The notes under the pieces are model-generated. The model was not told where the DNA came from, did not search any database, and was given only the letters and a program-made list of their open reading frames with translations. A program made the translations under genes and the position numbers. 64,000 nt of DNA from Promethearchaeota archaeon (lineage in GTDB: Archaea > Asgardarchaeota > Lokiarchaeia > Sigyniarchaeales > SOKP01), in assembly GCA_019058015.1 (NCBI GenBank), contig JAHLWH010000258.1, forward strand, positions 2,191 to 66,190. The letters run 5' to 3'. Below, one piece after another: positions 1 through 10,000 of this stretch. Numbering within the stretch: the stretch's first letter is position 1; every line of letters starts with the position of its first letter.

Positions 1-201
1 AAATCAAAAATGACCTTATTGACTGAAGAGCATGGTCAATTTAAAGCAGGTAAGGATGACTCTTTTGAAATTGGTCAAAAGGTAGAACTAATTCCCGGTC
101 ATGTATGTCCAACTGTAAATTTATATGACTTTTTTAATGTTATAAAGGATTATGAATTAATAGATAAATGGGAAATATCAGCCCGAGGAAAAAATTATTA
201 A
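1..201 (+). CDS. C-terminal fragment of a D-serine dehydratase-like / D-threonine aldolase-type PLP enzyme (5' end outside window)
   Basis: The frame is open from base 1. The tail ...ELIPGHVCPTVNLYDFFNVI...WEISARGKNY resembles the conserved C-terminal beta-domain motif (P.H.C.T.NL ... W.I.aRG) of alanine-racemase-fold D-amino-acid enzymes. Recognised from memory only. Confidence 0.45.
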   Translation, partial: KSKMTLLTEEHGQFKAGKDDSFEIGQKVELIPGHVCPTVNLYDFFNVIKDYELIDKWEISARGKNY

Positions 202-202
202 A

Positions 203-589
203 GTGATAAAAATGGTGGAAAAAGAAGTTATTGATGCAGGAACTCCAAAAGTAGGACCTTATAGTCATGCTATAAAAGTTGGTAATTTGATATTCGTATC
301 TGGACAAGGAGCAGCTCCCGGAACAACTGATATTACTGAACAAACAACGACTGGTTTTGAAAAGGTAAAAACAATTTTAGAGGCAGCAGGTTCCCGTATT
401 TCAAATATTGTTAAAGTCACTGTATATTTGAAAAATATGGGAGACTTTAAAAGTATGAACAGCGCTTATAAAAGCTTTTTTGAATCAAATGGAGTAGATG
501 AAAAATTTCCGGCAAGAACCACTATAGAAGTTTCAAATTTGCCCTTGGAAAGTATGTTAATTGAAATAGATGCAATAGCAACAATTTAA
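203..589 (+). CDS. ridA: RidA (YjgF/YER057c/UK114) family reactive-intermediate deaminase
   Basis: 128 aa, the typical size. Contains GPYSHAIKVGNLIFVSGQ and a C-terminal ARTTIEVSNLP...IEIDAIA, both characteristic of RidA. Confidence 0.85.
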   Translation: MIKMVEKEVIDAGTPKVGPYSHAIKVGNLIFVSGQGAAPGTTDITEQTTTGFEKVKTILEAAGSRISNIVKVTVYLKNMGDFKSMNSAYKSFFESNGVDEKFPARTTIEVSNLPLESMLIEIDAIATI

Positions 590-696
590 ACTTAATATAT
601 ATTATTTTTTTCTTATTTTTGAAGTAGTTTATTTTTTTAAACTTACAAGTCTACATTAATAATAAAAAAACTTATATCAAAATTCAGTAAAAAAAT

Positions 697-981
697 ATGA
701 TTAAAATGAAAAATAAATACATTATCATGAATATTGAAGATAATTGCGCTACATCCTTAGATAAAATTCCTAAGGATGAAGAATTAGAGATAAATAATAG
801 TCTAATTAAAATCAAACAAGAGATACCATTTGGTCATAAGTTTGCTTTAAAAAATATAAATAAGGGTGATTATATAATAAAATACGGTGAAATTATTGGT
901 ATAGCAATTAAAGATATTAAATCTGGAGATTGGGTTCATGTTCATAATATTCAAAGTCATTATTTAGAGGAGACAAAATAA
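697..981 (+). CDS. UxaA-family sugar-acid dehydratase, N-terminal SAF-domain subunit
   Basis: 94 aa with GDYIIKYGEIIGIAIKDIKSGDWVHVHNI, a SAF beta-clip motif as in the altronate/galactarate dehydratase N-terminus. The stop overlaps the next start (TAATG at 978-983). Confidence 0.7.
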   Translation: MIKMKNKYIIMNIEDNCATSLDKIPKDEELEINNSLIKIKQEIPFGHKFALKNINKGDYIIKYGEIIGIAIKDIKSGDWVHVHNIQSHYLEETK

Positions 982-2162
982 TGAATGATGGATTCTTAGG
1001 ATATCAACGGGCGAAAGGTTTGGTTGGAATTCGCAATAAAGTAGCTATTCTTTCTTCTGTAGTTTGTGTTAATAATGTTGCGCAACAAATTTCAAACAAA
1101 TTAGAAAATTCCATAGCAATAACTCATCCTCTTGGTTGTGGTCAATTTGGTCCAGATTTTACCTATACTATTCGTACATTAGTTGGTCTTGCCAGTAATC
1201 CTAATATTTATGGGATTGTTATAATAGGCTTAGGTTGTGAAAATCTTACTAGCAAATTATTGGCAAATCAGATTAAAAGATCCAAGAAACCGGTTGATTT
1301 CTTTAATGTCCAAGATATTCAAGGTGGAACAATTGCTGCCATCGAAAAAGGAATAAAAATTGGAAAAAAAATGACAGCTGAAGCTAACGAGATTAAACGA
1401 GAGCCGTATGATTTTTCAAATCTAGTCTTAGGTTTAGAATGTGGAGGGTCCGACTCGATATCAGGGATCACTGCAAATCCAGCCGTTGGAATTGTATCAG
1501 ATAAAATCGTCAAATTAGGAGGCACCTCGATACTTCCGGAATTTACTGAATGGATCGGGACCGAACATTTATTGATGAAACGTGCGAATAATAAAGAAGT
1601 TGCGGAGAAAATAAAATCTGCTTTGGATAACTTTTTAGAAAATATTATGAAAATAGGTATAGATTTCAGAGGTATACAGCCAACACCTGGTAATATACAA
1701 GGTGGTTTGAGTACAATCGAAGAAAAATCGTTGGGAACAATTACAAAGGCAGGAAAAGCGCCTATACAAGGCATTTTAAATTATTCTGAAAGACCAAAAG
1801 GAAAAGGATTATGGTTAATGATTGAACCGGGATTAGATGTTGAATCAATGACAGGGTTAGCCGCAGCTGGTGCTCACGTAATAATAATGACTACTGGAAG
1901 AGGCACCCCTGTGGGAAACCTGGTATCGCCGGTTATAAAGATCTGCGGAAATCCTAAGACTTGTGATTGGATGAGATGCAATATTGACGTAGATGCCAGT
2001 AAAATTATAACAGAAAATAAAAGAGTTGAAGATATCGCTGATACTTTATGGCAAAAACTTAAGAATACTTGTAACGGAGATAAAATACAAGCTGAAATTT
2101 TAGGTTTTGATGAAATTGCAATATGGAGAGTTCGTGGCACTTTTCCATTTTCTTTAGAATAA
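981..2162 (+). CDS. UxaA-family (altronate/galactarate-type) dehydratase, large C-terminal subunit
   Basis: 393 aa with THPLGCGQ, IIGLGCEN and LGLECGGSDS..SGITANPAVG, typical of the UxaA/GarD C-terminal domain. Translationally coupled to the SAF subunit. Confidence 0.8.
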   Translation: MNDGFLGYQRAKGLVGIRNKVAILSSVVCVNNVAQQISNKLENSIAITHPLGCGQFGPDFTYTIRTLVGLASNPNIYGIVIIGLGCENLTSKLLANQIKRSKKPVDFFNVQDIQGGTIAAIEKGIKIGKKMTAEANEIKREPYDFSNLVLGLECGGSDSISGITANPAVGIVSDKIVKLGGTSILPEFTEWIGTEHLLMKRANNKEVAEKIKSALDNFLENIMKIGIDFRGIQPTPGNIQGGLSTIEEKSLGTITKAGKAPIQGILNYSERPKGKGLWLMIEPGLDVESMTGLAAAGAHVIIMTTGRGTPVGNLVSPVIKICGNPKTCDWMRCNIDVDASKIITENKRVEDIADTLWQKLKNTCNGDKIQAEILGFDEIAIWRVRGTFPFSLE

Positions 2163-2230
2163 ATAATAATTTTAAGAAAATTTCCAAAATTTTTATTTTT
2201 TAAATAAGTCCGCTGATAAGAACTGCATGT

Positions 2231-3355
2231 TTATTCAGTAATTTCTTCTGGACAAATTTCTTTTCCAAGCACTGAAGATTTTAATGCGGCTAAGGCAAAT
2301 TGAGTGCAATACTTTCCTTCTTCTCCCGTTAATAAAGGAATTCCATCATTTTTAATAATTTCAATAAAATGCTTGGTAGAATTAATGAACCCATACTTCC
2401 AATCTCTTTCCATATCTGAAATTGTTTCTATTTTTCCGTCTCGAAATATCACAATAGGTGGAAAAACTTCAGATTTTGACATCACATTTCCGCCTGACGT
2501 TGCTTGATTGATCCACATTATTCCTTTTGATCCAACTATTGAAATAAATTCATCCCCTGGGTAATAAGGGCTAGGTAGATTCATCTCCTGAGCATAATTA
2601 AATTCTAATGTCCCGTAATGTGGCATGATAAATTCTGAATCTTCTGGAGGTCGATATTTCCACATAACATATGCGGGAATATCCATATCTATATGTCTAT
2701 CAATCCAACTATAGACCTTCTCTATTTTTTCATCCATTAAATGTAATGCAAGCCAAAATTTATGATAACCATCATCAAATATAAAGGGTGAGCCACATTC
2801 CAATCCTCCTCCACAACTTTCTGGATCAAATCTCCACCTCCAAGTACTAGTTGGAATCTCCCATCCTCCACTTGTAGCTTCCAGGGTTTTAATATGAATT
2901 GAGTTTAATTCTCCGATTATTCCTTCTTTTAACAATTTTTTTGCCCGAAGAATAGGAGGATAAAACATAAAATTTTCAAAAACTTTCAATTTTATATTAT
3001 TTTCTTTACATTCCTTAATCATTTTATCGCATTCTGAAATAGTAGTTGCCATTGGTTTTTGAACACATATGCCCTTTAACTTTTTTTGGGCAGCATAAAC
3101 TGTAACTTCACAATGTAGATTGTGAGGCAGAAGGATTTCCAATATATCAATGCTTTCAGAATCAAGCATCTTCTTATAATCTGTATAAGTCTTTATCTTG
3201 GAATTTAAGTTAAATTTATTTATTTTTTCTTTTATTCTCCGTTGCCTTCGATCACAAAGACATGTAATTTCTACATCATTATTATCCAAATAGCCAAGAA
3301 GATTTAAATCAAAAATCATACCACAACCAATAATTCCAACTTTTAACCTTTCCAT
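2231..3355 (-). CDS. Gfo/Idh/MocA-family NAD(P)-dependent oxidoreductase
   Basis: N-terminal Rossmann motif LKVGIIGCGMI, then a VQKPMA segment (the family EKP-type motif). The 374-aa size fits the family. Confidence 0.8.
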   Translation of the reverse strand: MERLKVGIIGCGMIFDLNLLGYLDNNDVEITCLCDRRQRRIKEKINKFNLNSKIKTYTDYKKMLDSESIDILEILLPHNLHCEVTVYAAQKKLKGICVQKPMATTISECDKMIKECKENNIKLKVFENFMFYPPILRAKKLLKEGIIGELNSIHIKTLEATSGGWEIPTSTWRWRFDPESCGGGLECGSPFIFDDGYHKFWLALHLMDEKIEKVYSWIDRHIDMDIPAYVMWKYRPPEDSEFIMPHYGTLEFNYAQEMNLPSPYYPGDEFISIVGSKGIMWINQATSGGNVMSKSEVFPPIVIFRDGKIETISDMERDWKYGFINSTKHFIEIIKNDGIPLLTGEEGKYCTQFALAALKSSVLGKEICPEEITE

Positions 3356-3466
3356 AATAAAACCTTAAAATTATTGTAATTATTATATAATATTTTAATT
3401 TTAATGATTCTAAAATATTTATGAATTATTTTTTTTTTATTTAAAAAATTCTTGAAATTGATTAAA

Positions 3467-5137
3467 ATGAGTAAAGAGAATGAAAAAGCCGATATTTCCA
3501 GACTATATGAGAGAGCTTTATATCACGCATGCGGGTATTCCAACGAAGATCTTGAAAAACCTAGAGTGGCAATAGTTAATTCATGGACTGAAATAAATCC
3601 TGGTCACATTCATTTGAGAGAACTTAGTAAATATGTGAAAATGGGAGTTGCAGATGCAGGCGGCACTCCAATGGAAATAAATACAATTGCTCCATGTGAT
3701 GGTATTGCCAATAGCGGTAATTTCTCAAAATACATTCTACCGTCGCGAGAACTTATTGCCTCCTCAGTTGAATGCGTTATAAAAGCTCATAATTTTGATG
3801 GAATGGTAATGATATGCTCTTGTGATAAAATTATTCCAGGAATGTTGATGGCTGCTGCGAGATGTAATATTCCAACTGCATTTTTAACGGGTGGGGTAAT
3901 GAAACCTCGAACTTTTACAGAGGGCGTGTTCAAGGGCAAAACTTTTGTAACATGTGATATAAAAGAAGCAATTGGAATGTATAGTGCTGGAAAAATTACA
4001 AAAAAACAGTTAGATATGATAACCCAAGAGACATGTTATACCTCAGGTACATGCAATATGATGGGAACTGCCATTACAATGGCTTGTATAGTTGAAGTGT
4101 TAGGTTTATCTTTACCTGGAACTGCTACGATTACTGCAAATGAGCCTGAGCAATTTAAGATCGCTATTAAATCTGGTCGGTGTGTAATGGACTTAATAAA
4201 AAATGGGATTATTGCACGGGATTTAATAAATGATAAATCAATTAGGAATGCATGTAAGGTCGCACTATCCTTTGGCGGCTCAACCAATATGATCTTGCAC
4301 ATGTGCGCTTTATCGCATGAGATTGGAGGGAAATTAACACATGATGATTTTGAGATCTTAAGCAGATCAGTTCCTCTTTTAGCGAAATTTAAACCGGCTT
4401 CAAATTATTGCATTACAGATTTTCATAAGGCGGGTGGTGTTACATCATTAATGAAAAAATTAACTCCTAAATTAAATCTCAATACAAAAAATATTTTGAA
4501 TCTAACATTAAAAGAATCTTTAGAACAAGTAAAAATTATTGAAAACGAAATTATTAGGTCATTAGAAAACCCACTCACAAACGAAGGAGGGATTGCGATA
4601 CTAAAAGGAAATTTAGCACCCGAAGGAGCAGTAGTAAAAATAAGTGCGGTAAATCCTGAAATGCTCCAACATAAAGGTCCGGCGAGAGTATTTGAATGCG
4701 AAGAAGATTTAAGAGATGCTTTATATTCCAAAAGAATTGAAAAAGGGGATGTTTTAATAATTCGATATGAGGGTCCGAAAGGTTCTCCGGGAATGCGAGA
4801 ACTATCTATCCCAGCTGCAGTTCTTGTTGGAATGGGAATAGACAAATCAGTTGCAATGATTACCGATGGTAGGTATTCCGGTGCTACACGTGGACCATGT
4901 ATTGGCCATGTATGTCCTGAAGCATATGAAGGCGGACCTATTGCTATTGTACACGATGGTGATTTAATTAATGTTGATATTCCCAATAGAAAGTTGGAAA
5001 TAAAATTATCTGATGATGAGATAAAAGAAAGACTAAGTCAATGGAAGCAACCTAAACAAAAAATGGATATTGGATATTTAAGTATTTATTCTAAAATCGT
5101 TTCCTCCGCAAAATACGGTGCGATTTATAAAATTTAA
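3467..5137 (+). CDS. IlvD/Edd-family dehydratase (dihydroxy-acid or sugar-acid dehydratase)
   Basis: Contains [25 protein letters not shown] and [10 protein letters not shown], all hallmark IlvD/Edd motifs. The ORF track starts at TTG 3452; the ATG at 3467 (MSKENEK) is the more likely start. Context suggests sugar-acid rather than branched-chain amino-acid metabolism. Confidence 0.85.
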   Translation: MSKENEKADISRLYERALYHACGYSNEDLEKPRVAIVNSWTEINPGHIHLRELSKYVKMGVADAGGTPMEINTIAPCDGIANSGNFSKYILPSRELIASSVECVIKAHNFDGMVMICSCDKIIPGMLMAAARCNIPTAFLTGGVMKPRTFTEGVFKGKTFVTCDIKEAIGMYSAGKITKKQLDMITQETCYTSGTCNMMGTAITMACIVEVLGLSLPGTATITANEPEQFKIAIKSGRCVMDLIKNGIIARDLINDKSIRNACKVALSFGGSTNMILHMCALSHEIGGKLTHDDFEILSRSVPLLAKFKPASNYCITDFHKAGGVTSLMKKLTPKLNLNTKNILNLTLKESLEQVKIIENEIIRSLENPLTNEGGIAILKGNLAPEGAVVKISAVNPEMLQHKGPARVFECEEDLRDALYSKRIEKGDVLIIRYEGPKGSPGMRELSIPAAVLVGMGIDKSVAMITDGRYSGATRGPCIGHVCPEAYEGGPIAIVHDGDLINVDIPNRKLEIKLSDDEIKERLSQWKQPKQKMDIGYLSIYSKIVSSAKYGAIYKI

Positions 5138-5378
5138 AACTTTAATTTTTCTAACTTATAAATCTCTAATTCTAATTAGAAGAAAGACCAAAAAAGATGA
5201 TAAGAACTTAACTCTGGGATATGTAAAAACTCAATTTAATGATCAAAATAATAAGTCAATTTCAAAGCAACTAAAAAGCTTAAAAACACTAAAAAATAAT
5301 TTAACTTGAACTTTTGAAATAAATGTTTTAATCAAAAAGTTGAATTAAAAATCGGAATCCAACTCGTGTAGTGAAATC

Positions 5379-6764
5379 ATGCAAGATAAGTTAATTACCA
5401 ATAATATGCTTTTTATTATTCCTAGCTGGGGAGATTTATTAGGTTATCCTACATTGGGTAAATATGTAAGTCAAGATATCTCGAAAATCCATTCTGATTT
5501 TGTAGTCTTTTTAACTGGAATTGAAAGTTCAGTTACCATAGAAAAAGGAACGCTCTATTTTCTATTTGGTTTGGGATATTATTACACAAAATTTGAACTT
5601 CAACATGGTAAGTATATTATAGATAAAAAACAACTAACTGGATTGATTTTATCGGATTTTGCTTATGATCAATTGGCGACCTCTAAAAACATCACATTAG
5701 AGGAAGATCGCGATGTAATTATAGGCGAAAAGGTAATCAAAGTTCCAATTGACTTATCTAACAAATCTGATACACAGAAAACATTTATTAAGGGAACTTT
5801 AATGAGAAATGTATTTATTCCAAATAAGGATATTATTTTGGATATGATGGATGAAATCCGTAAACCAGATACCTATCTATTGGATATAGATGGTCATTTA
5901 CTATTAAGCACACACTGGGATTTTTACAATAAAATCTTAGTATCAAAAAAAATGAATGAAAATAAAGTGCGTAATTATATTAATTCAAGAGCAGGAATAG
6001 ATGATATCATCTTCGGAGCAGATGAGATCTTAAAAGAAAATTTTTCCCCCTTAGAAATCCTTAAAATTAGAGAAATTATCTTAAATTTGAAGAAAATTTA
6101 TTCCAATCTCGAATATGATCCTATTTTGTTATTCTCAATACTTGAAAATGCATCAAAAGTATTGATACTCAGAACTCCACAACTTCCTAAAGATAGAGAT
6201 ATAACTCTCCCAAAAAGGATGCTAAAGGAATCAATATTCTTCTCTGCAGAGAGCCGTATGGACTCTTTTATTGAATGGCCCAATCAATTCAAGAGAAATG
6301 TTAAGGAAAAATTGGATCTAGCAGCTGAATATAAGAAGCGTCATATGGAATTCATGCAACCTTCCGATATGGATAAAATTGAAATACCCAAAATCGATGA
6401 ATCTAAAGAAGAAGAGGAAAAATTTGAATTAAGGCTTATAAAAAGCCGCGACGTTGAAAGTAAGCCGCTTCCCCAGCCGCCAAAAGGTGATATTGTGGAA
6501 ATTCTTTTATACTTGAAAAAAATTATTGAAGATGATTTCGAAATGCAATCTATTGGGAAAGCATTTGAACTTGCTCGGGATAATCTTAGGAAAATTATAC
6601 TACAATCGGATTATATGTGGGAGATGAGTAAATATGCAAATATTTATCAGCGTAAGGAAGCAAACCTGGGGTTAGGGTTAAAAGAAAAATTGGAATTGAT
6701 AAAAAAAATCGATGATTGGATTTCTGAGATACAAAGAAAAAAGAATATGAAGATTAATGGATAA
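5379..6764 (+). CDS. hypothetical protein (461 aa, no recognisable domain)
   Basis: A long ORF in AT-rich DNA with an acidic/lysine-rich middle region. I recognise no motif. Confidence 0.5.
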   Translation: MQDKLITNNMLFIIPSWGDLLGYPTLGKYVSQDISKIHSDFVVFLTGIESSVTIEKGTLYFLFGLGYYYTKFELQHGKYIIDKKQLTGLILSDFAYDQLATSKNITLEEDRDVIIGEKVIKVPIDLSNKSDTQKTFIKGTLMRNVFIPNKDIILDMMDEIRKPDTYLLDIDGHLLLSTHWDFYNKILVSKKMNENKVRNYINSRAGIDDIIFGADEILKENFSPLEILKIREIILNLKKIYSNLEYDPILLFSILENASKVLILRTPQLPKDRDITLPKRMLKESIFFSAESRMDSFIEWPNQFKRNVKEKLDLAAEYKKRHMEFMQPSDMDKIEIPKIDESKEEEEKFELRLIKSRDVESKPLPQPPKGDIVEILLYLKKIIEDDFEMQSIGKAFELARDNLRKIILQSDYMWEMSKYANIYQRKEANLGLGLKEKLELIKKIDDWISEIQRKKNMKING

Positions 6765-6808
6765 TATATTACCAATAACCAGCTTACCAAACGATATTTA
6801 ATTTTTAT

Positions 6809-8632
6809 TTATAATCTCTCTTCTTTAATCTCTTCTTCATATGTTCTACGTTGTTCTTTAAGATATGTTGGCTTAGGTACGTCCCACCAACCGACTGCAG
6901 GTGAACCAGAATATGGAAATTCGCGATTTACCATAATCTCTATTATTACTGGCTTTCCTGATTCTGAAGCTTTTTTTAACGTTGGTATTATTTCTTCTTT
7001 TTTAGATATCCTCTCACCATAACAACCGAATGCTTTCGCTATTTCCGCAAAATTCGGACTATAGATCTTTCCATCAATATCATAGAAATCATTAGCCCAA
7101 GCTCTTTCCTCCCCGTAAGCCGCTTGTTGTAAATCCTTTATTGCAATCCATCCCATGTTATTAAAGATTATTATGAAGAAATTAGTTAGTTTTAATTGAG
7201 CAACAGTTGATAATTCTTGCATACTCATCATAAAATCACCATCTCCTACGAGTCCAACGACTTTTGTTTCTGGTTTTCCTAAATCATTAACACCTAATTT
7301 TACACCGATTGCAGCTGGTAATGTATACCCCATAGTCGAAAATCCACCTGCTGTTATACAAGTTTTAGGTTCATAGAATGGGAGTTCTTGTAACATTTGG
7401 GCTTGCACATTTCCTGAACTGGTTACTATTATTGCATCTCTCTTGAAAAATTTTCGAATTTCTTTTAAAGCGGTTGATATCATTACAGGAACTTTTGAAT
7501 CATCTCGAAAATCATCTAAAAACCTAAACCATTTTTCTTTTAAAGACTGAATTTCACTATAATACTGTGTTTTTTTATAGTCAACCTTGAATTTTTGCTC
7601 ATTTAATTTATCTAATATTTGTTTTAAAACTGCTTTAGCATCTCCTACTATTCCCACGGATACTGGATAATTTTTTCCGATTTCTGAAGGATCTATATCT
7701 ATTTGAATTAATTTAGTTGGAGGAATGGTGAAACTAACGCCCTTTTTATATGATGATGCAGTTTCATCTGCAAATCTACAACCAATTGCTATTAAAACAT
7801 CAGCTTTAGAGCTTAACTCTAATCCACAAGTAGTTCCTTTAGAACCAGTATGCCATGCGAATAATGGATGGTCATTTGGAAATGCACTCTTTCCCATCAT
7901 AGTTGTAATTACGGCTGCTCCAATTTTTTCTGCAAGAGTTTTTATTTCTTTAAACGCACCTGACATAACGGCACCACCACCAAGTAGTATTACTGGACGT
8001 TCTAATGTCTTGATTAAGTCAATTGATTTTTCTATTAAATCTGGATCTCCTAATAATTTACCCATAGATCGTCTTTCCAATGGTTCTGGAATTTCGCAAT
8101 CAATAGAATTTGACTGAACATCCATCGGTAAATCGATATGGACAGGACCCCTTCTTCCAGTTAACATATGATTAAATGCACGTTGCATTATAGTTGGGAG
8201 TTGCTCAACCTTTGCAACTTGCCAGGTTCGCTTACACAATGGTTCTAATATGCGAGGAAAATCTGAATCTCTTTTTCTTTCAATTTCTTGAAGTACTCCT
8301 TTACCCCGCATATGCACATGAGTATCACCAGTTATTACTAAAACAGGCATAGAGTCGACATATGCGTCAGCCAATCCAATTGCCGTATTAATAGCTCCTG
8401 GACCAATTGAAGTAAAAACAGCTAATGGTTGCCCCGTAACTCTATAATATCCAACTGCTAAGTGAACAGCACAATTTTCTTGTTTGGGTTGTATTACTTT
8501 TATGGAATCTTTATTCTTATAAAATGCATCAACAAGACCGAGATTTCCGTGCCCAGGAATTCCTACAACATATGGAACCTTTTCTTTAATTAAATATTTA
8601 ACTATTATTTCTCCACCAGTATAAATCGGCAT
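6809..8632 (-). CDS. Thiamine-diphosphate-dependent enzyme (acetolactate synthase large subunit / sulfoacetaldehyde acetyltransferase-like)
   Basis: 607 aa. ThDP-binding motif GDGDFMM...(24 aa)...NN (LVGDGDFMMSMQEL...IIFNNMGW). N-terminal GIPGHGNL pyrimidine-binding domain. Confidence 0.8.
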   Translation of the reverse strand: MPIYTGGEIIVKYLIKEKVPYVVGIPGHGNLGLVDAFYKNKDSIKVIQPKQENCAVHLAVGYYRVTGQPLAVFTSIGPGAINTAIGLADAYVDSMPVLVITGDTHVHMRGKGVLQEIERKRDSDFPRILEPLCKRTWQVAKVEQLPTIMQRAFNHMLTGRRGPVHIDLPMDVQSNSIDCEIPEPLERRSMGKLLGDPDLIEKSIDLIKTLERPVILLGGGAVMSGAFKEIKTLAEKIGAAVITTMMGKSAFPNDHPLFAWHTGSKGTTCGLELSSKADVLIAIGCRFADETASSYKKGVSFTIPPTKLIQIDIDPSEIGKNYPVSVGIVGDAKAVLKQILDKLNEQKFKVDYKKTQYYSEIQSLKEKWFRFLDDFRDDSKVPVMISTALKEIRKFFKRDAIIVTSSGNVQAQMLQELPFYEPKTCITAGGFSTMGYTLPAAIGVKLGVNDLGKPETKVVGLVGDGDFMMSMQELSTVAQLKLTNFFIIIFNNMGWIAIKDLQQAAYGEERAWANDFYDIDGKIYSPNFAEIAKAFGCYGERISKKEEIIPTLKKASESGKPVIIEIMVNREFPYSGSPAVGWWDVPKPTYLKEQRRTYEEEIKEERL

Positions 8633-8664
8633 GATACTTCCAAAACTTTTTTTAGTAGCTTAGG

Positions 8665-8682
8665 TTATTTTTAATTTCCCTT
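8665..8682. repeat. Inverted repeat, tnpB 3'-side copy (TTATTTTTAATTTCCCTT)
   Basis: Read directly from the sequence. Exact reverse complement of 10001-10018. Confidence 0.9.
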
Positions 8683-8800
8683 GTTTTCAATTAAAATTTA
8701 ATTCTATTTAACTATTTTTGTTATATAGTAATAGAATATGGGTGTAACCCCACACCCTCTATCCTATCCGCGAAAAACGCATTTGGGACTACTTTTTTTA
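8665..8800 (-). ncRNA. Candidate omega-RNA (reRNA) scaffold overlapping the tnpB 3' end
   Basis: In characterised TnpB systems the guide RNA derives from the tnpB 3' end plus the right end of the element. A perfect hairpin GGGTGT-(6 nt)-ACACCC is present at 8740-8757. The boundaries are not determined. Confidence 0.25.
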
Positions 8801-9908
8801 TTATATTATAACCTGCGTTCACATCAGCGTTTATAAGAATCCCTTTTTTGCTCTTAAAAATACCTCTTTTTAATCGATTTCCAGCATATTTTTTATGTCT
8901 TTTGATAGGTTCTTTATCCAAAAAACTGCATTTGGAAGTAAAAGACTCCCCGTCAATAATAATATCTATACCAAATAACTCCGATTTATATTTAATTTGA
9001 TTTATTAATTTAAAAAATGGTATTTGAACAAACTTCTGATTGTTGATCTTTCCTATATTTACTTTCTGCTTCCATGCTTTATTATAACCGATTATTATTG
9101 TTCCGAAATTATTTTCAATACAATAATTAACTATTCTCCTTGAAGTCTTGTGAAATATATCATTTATTTTATTATTTCGTTTTCTTGTGATCCTTTGTAA
9201 TCTTTTAGTCTCGAAACTAATTCCTTGCTTATCTTTAATTGATTTTAGTTCTGCAATTCTTTTATTATAGAATTGATTTATGGATTTCACAATATCGCCT
9301 TTAATAATAGTGGGTTTTAATCCTACATTATTTACAATAGTTACAATATTGCTCACCCCTAAATCAATTCCTATAAACCTATCTTTATTTAGGTTTAAAT
9401 TAGTTATCTCCCTTGTATATATAATCTCTAAAATATAAAATAATCCTTTAGGAATTATTCTTACTTGATGTAGCATGTTTCTTATTCTAGTTTTAATCGG
9501 AGATAAGTTTGCTTTTCCGGGAAAATGTAAATAACCATTTTTAATTCTACATTGTTGATTTGTGAAAATAATAATAAATTCACCTTTTTTTTTCTTATAT
9601 TTTGGAGGTCTGGGTCTTCCTTGATATTTCTTAGGATGTTCCCTCCATTCTTTCACAGAATTAAAAAAGGATTTCCAATTCTTATCTAATAATTTCAATA
9701 TCTGCTGGGCTGTTTGTGATGGCAATTTTTTATACGGTTCTTTATCTTTTAAAATATACCATAAATCATAATACCTCAACCAATTGCCCAGGTAAAAAAA
9801 TTCTTGCCTAACATAATAATTTGCTAGATTATATAAATTCTTGGATAAATAACATAAATAAGAAAAATTGCCTTTCTTCTTCATTTGTATTTGTTCGGTA
9901 AGCCTCAT
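8721..9908 (-). CDS. tnpB: TnpB (IS200/IS605-family OrfB) RNA-guided endonuclease
   Basis: 395 aa. RuvC-I IGIDLGVSN and RuvC-III INADVNAGYNIIKK. The IIIGYNKAWKQKVNIGKINNQKF ... GESFTSKCSFLD block is typical of the TnpB clade in which the canonical RuvC-II 'EDL' is replaced and a Glu sits in 'ESxTSK'. Confidence 0.85.
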   Translation of the reverse strand: MRLTEQIQMKKKGNFSYLCYLSKNLYNLANYYVRQEFFYLGNWLRYYDLWYILKDKEPYKKLPSQTAQQILKLLDKNWKSFFNSVKEWREHPKKYQGRPRPPKYKKKKGEFIIIFTNQQCRIKNGYLHFPGKANLSPIKTRIRNMLHQVRIIPKGLFYILEIIYTREITNLNLNKDRFIGIDLGVSNIVTIVNNVGLKPTIIKGDIVKSINQFYNKRIAELKSIKDKQGISFETKRLQRITRKRNNKINDIFHKTSRRIVNYCIENNFGTIIIGYNKAWKQKVNIGKINNQKFVQIPFFKLINQIKYKSELFGIDIIIDGESFTSKCSFLDKEPIKRHKKYAGNRLKRGIFKSKKGILINADVNAGYNIIKKVVPNAFFADRIEGVGLHPYSITI

Positions 9909-10000
9909 TACTCTAAAATATAATATCTTCTTGTTTTTTTAAATAAAAAGAGTGTATAGATTTATCTTAAAATATATTCAAAAAAAATTTTAATAAAAAT

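Noticed and set aside
1319-1774. 151-aa minus-strand ORF inside the UxaA large-subunit gene. Similar antisense ORFs occur at 4423-4986, 7725-8117, 24505-24924, 37109-37546, 42221-42553 and 51910-52215.
   Set aside because: All lie antisense within CDSs that have strong family motifs. None has a recognisable motif. I treat them as shadow ORFs.
5118-5309. 63-aa ORF overlapping the 3' end of the IlvD/Edd gene
   Set aside because: The peptide is lysine/leucine-rich and low in complexity, it overlaps a confident CDS, and it has no motif. It is probably non-coding terminator/spacer DNA.
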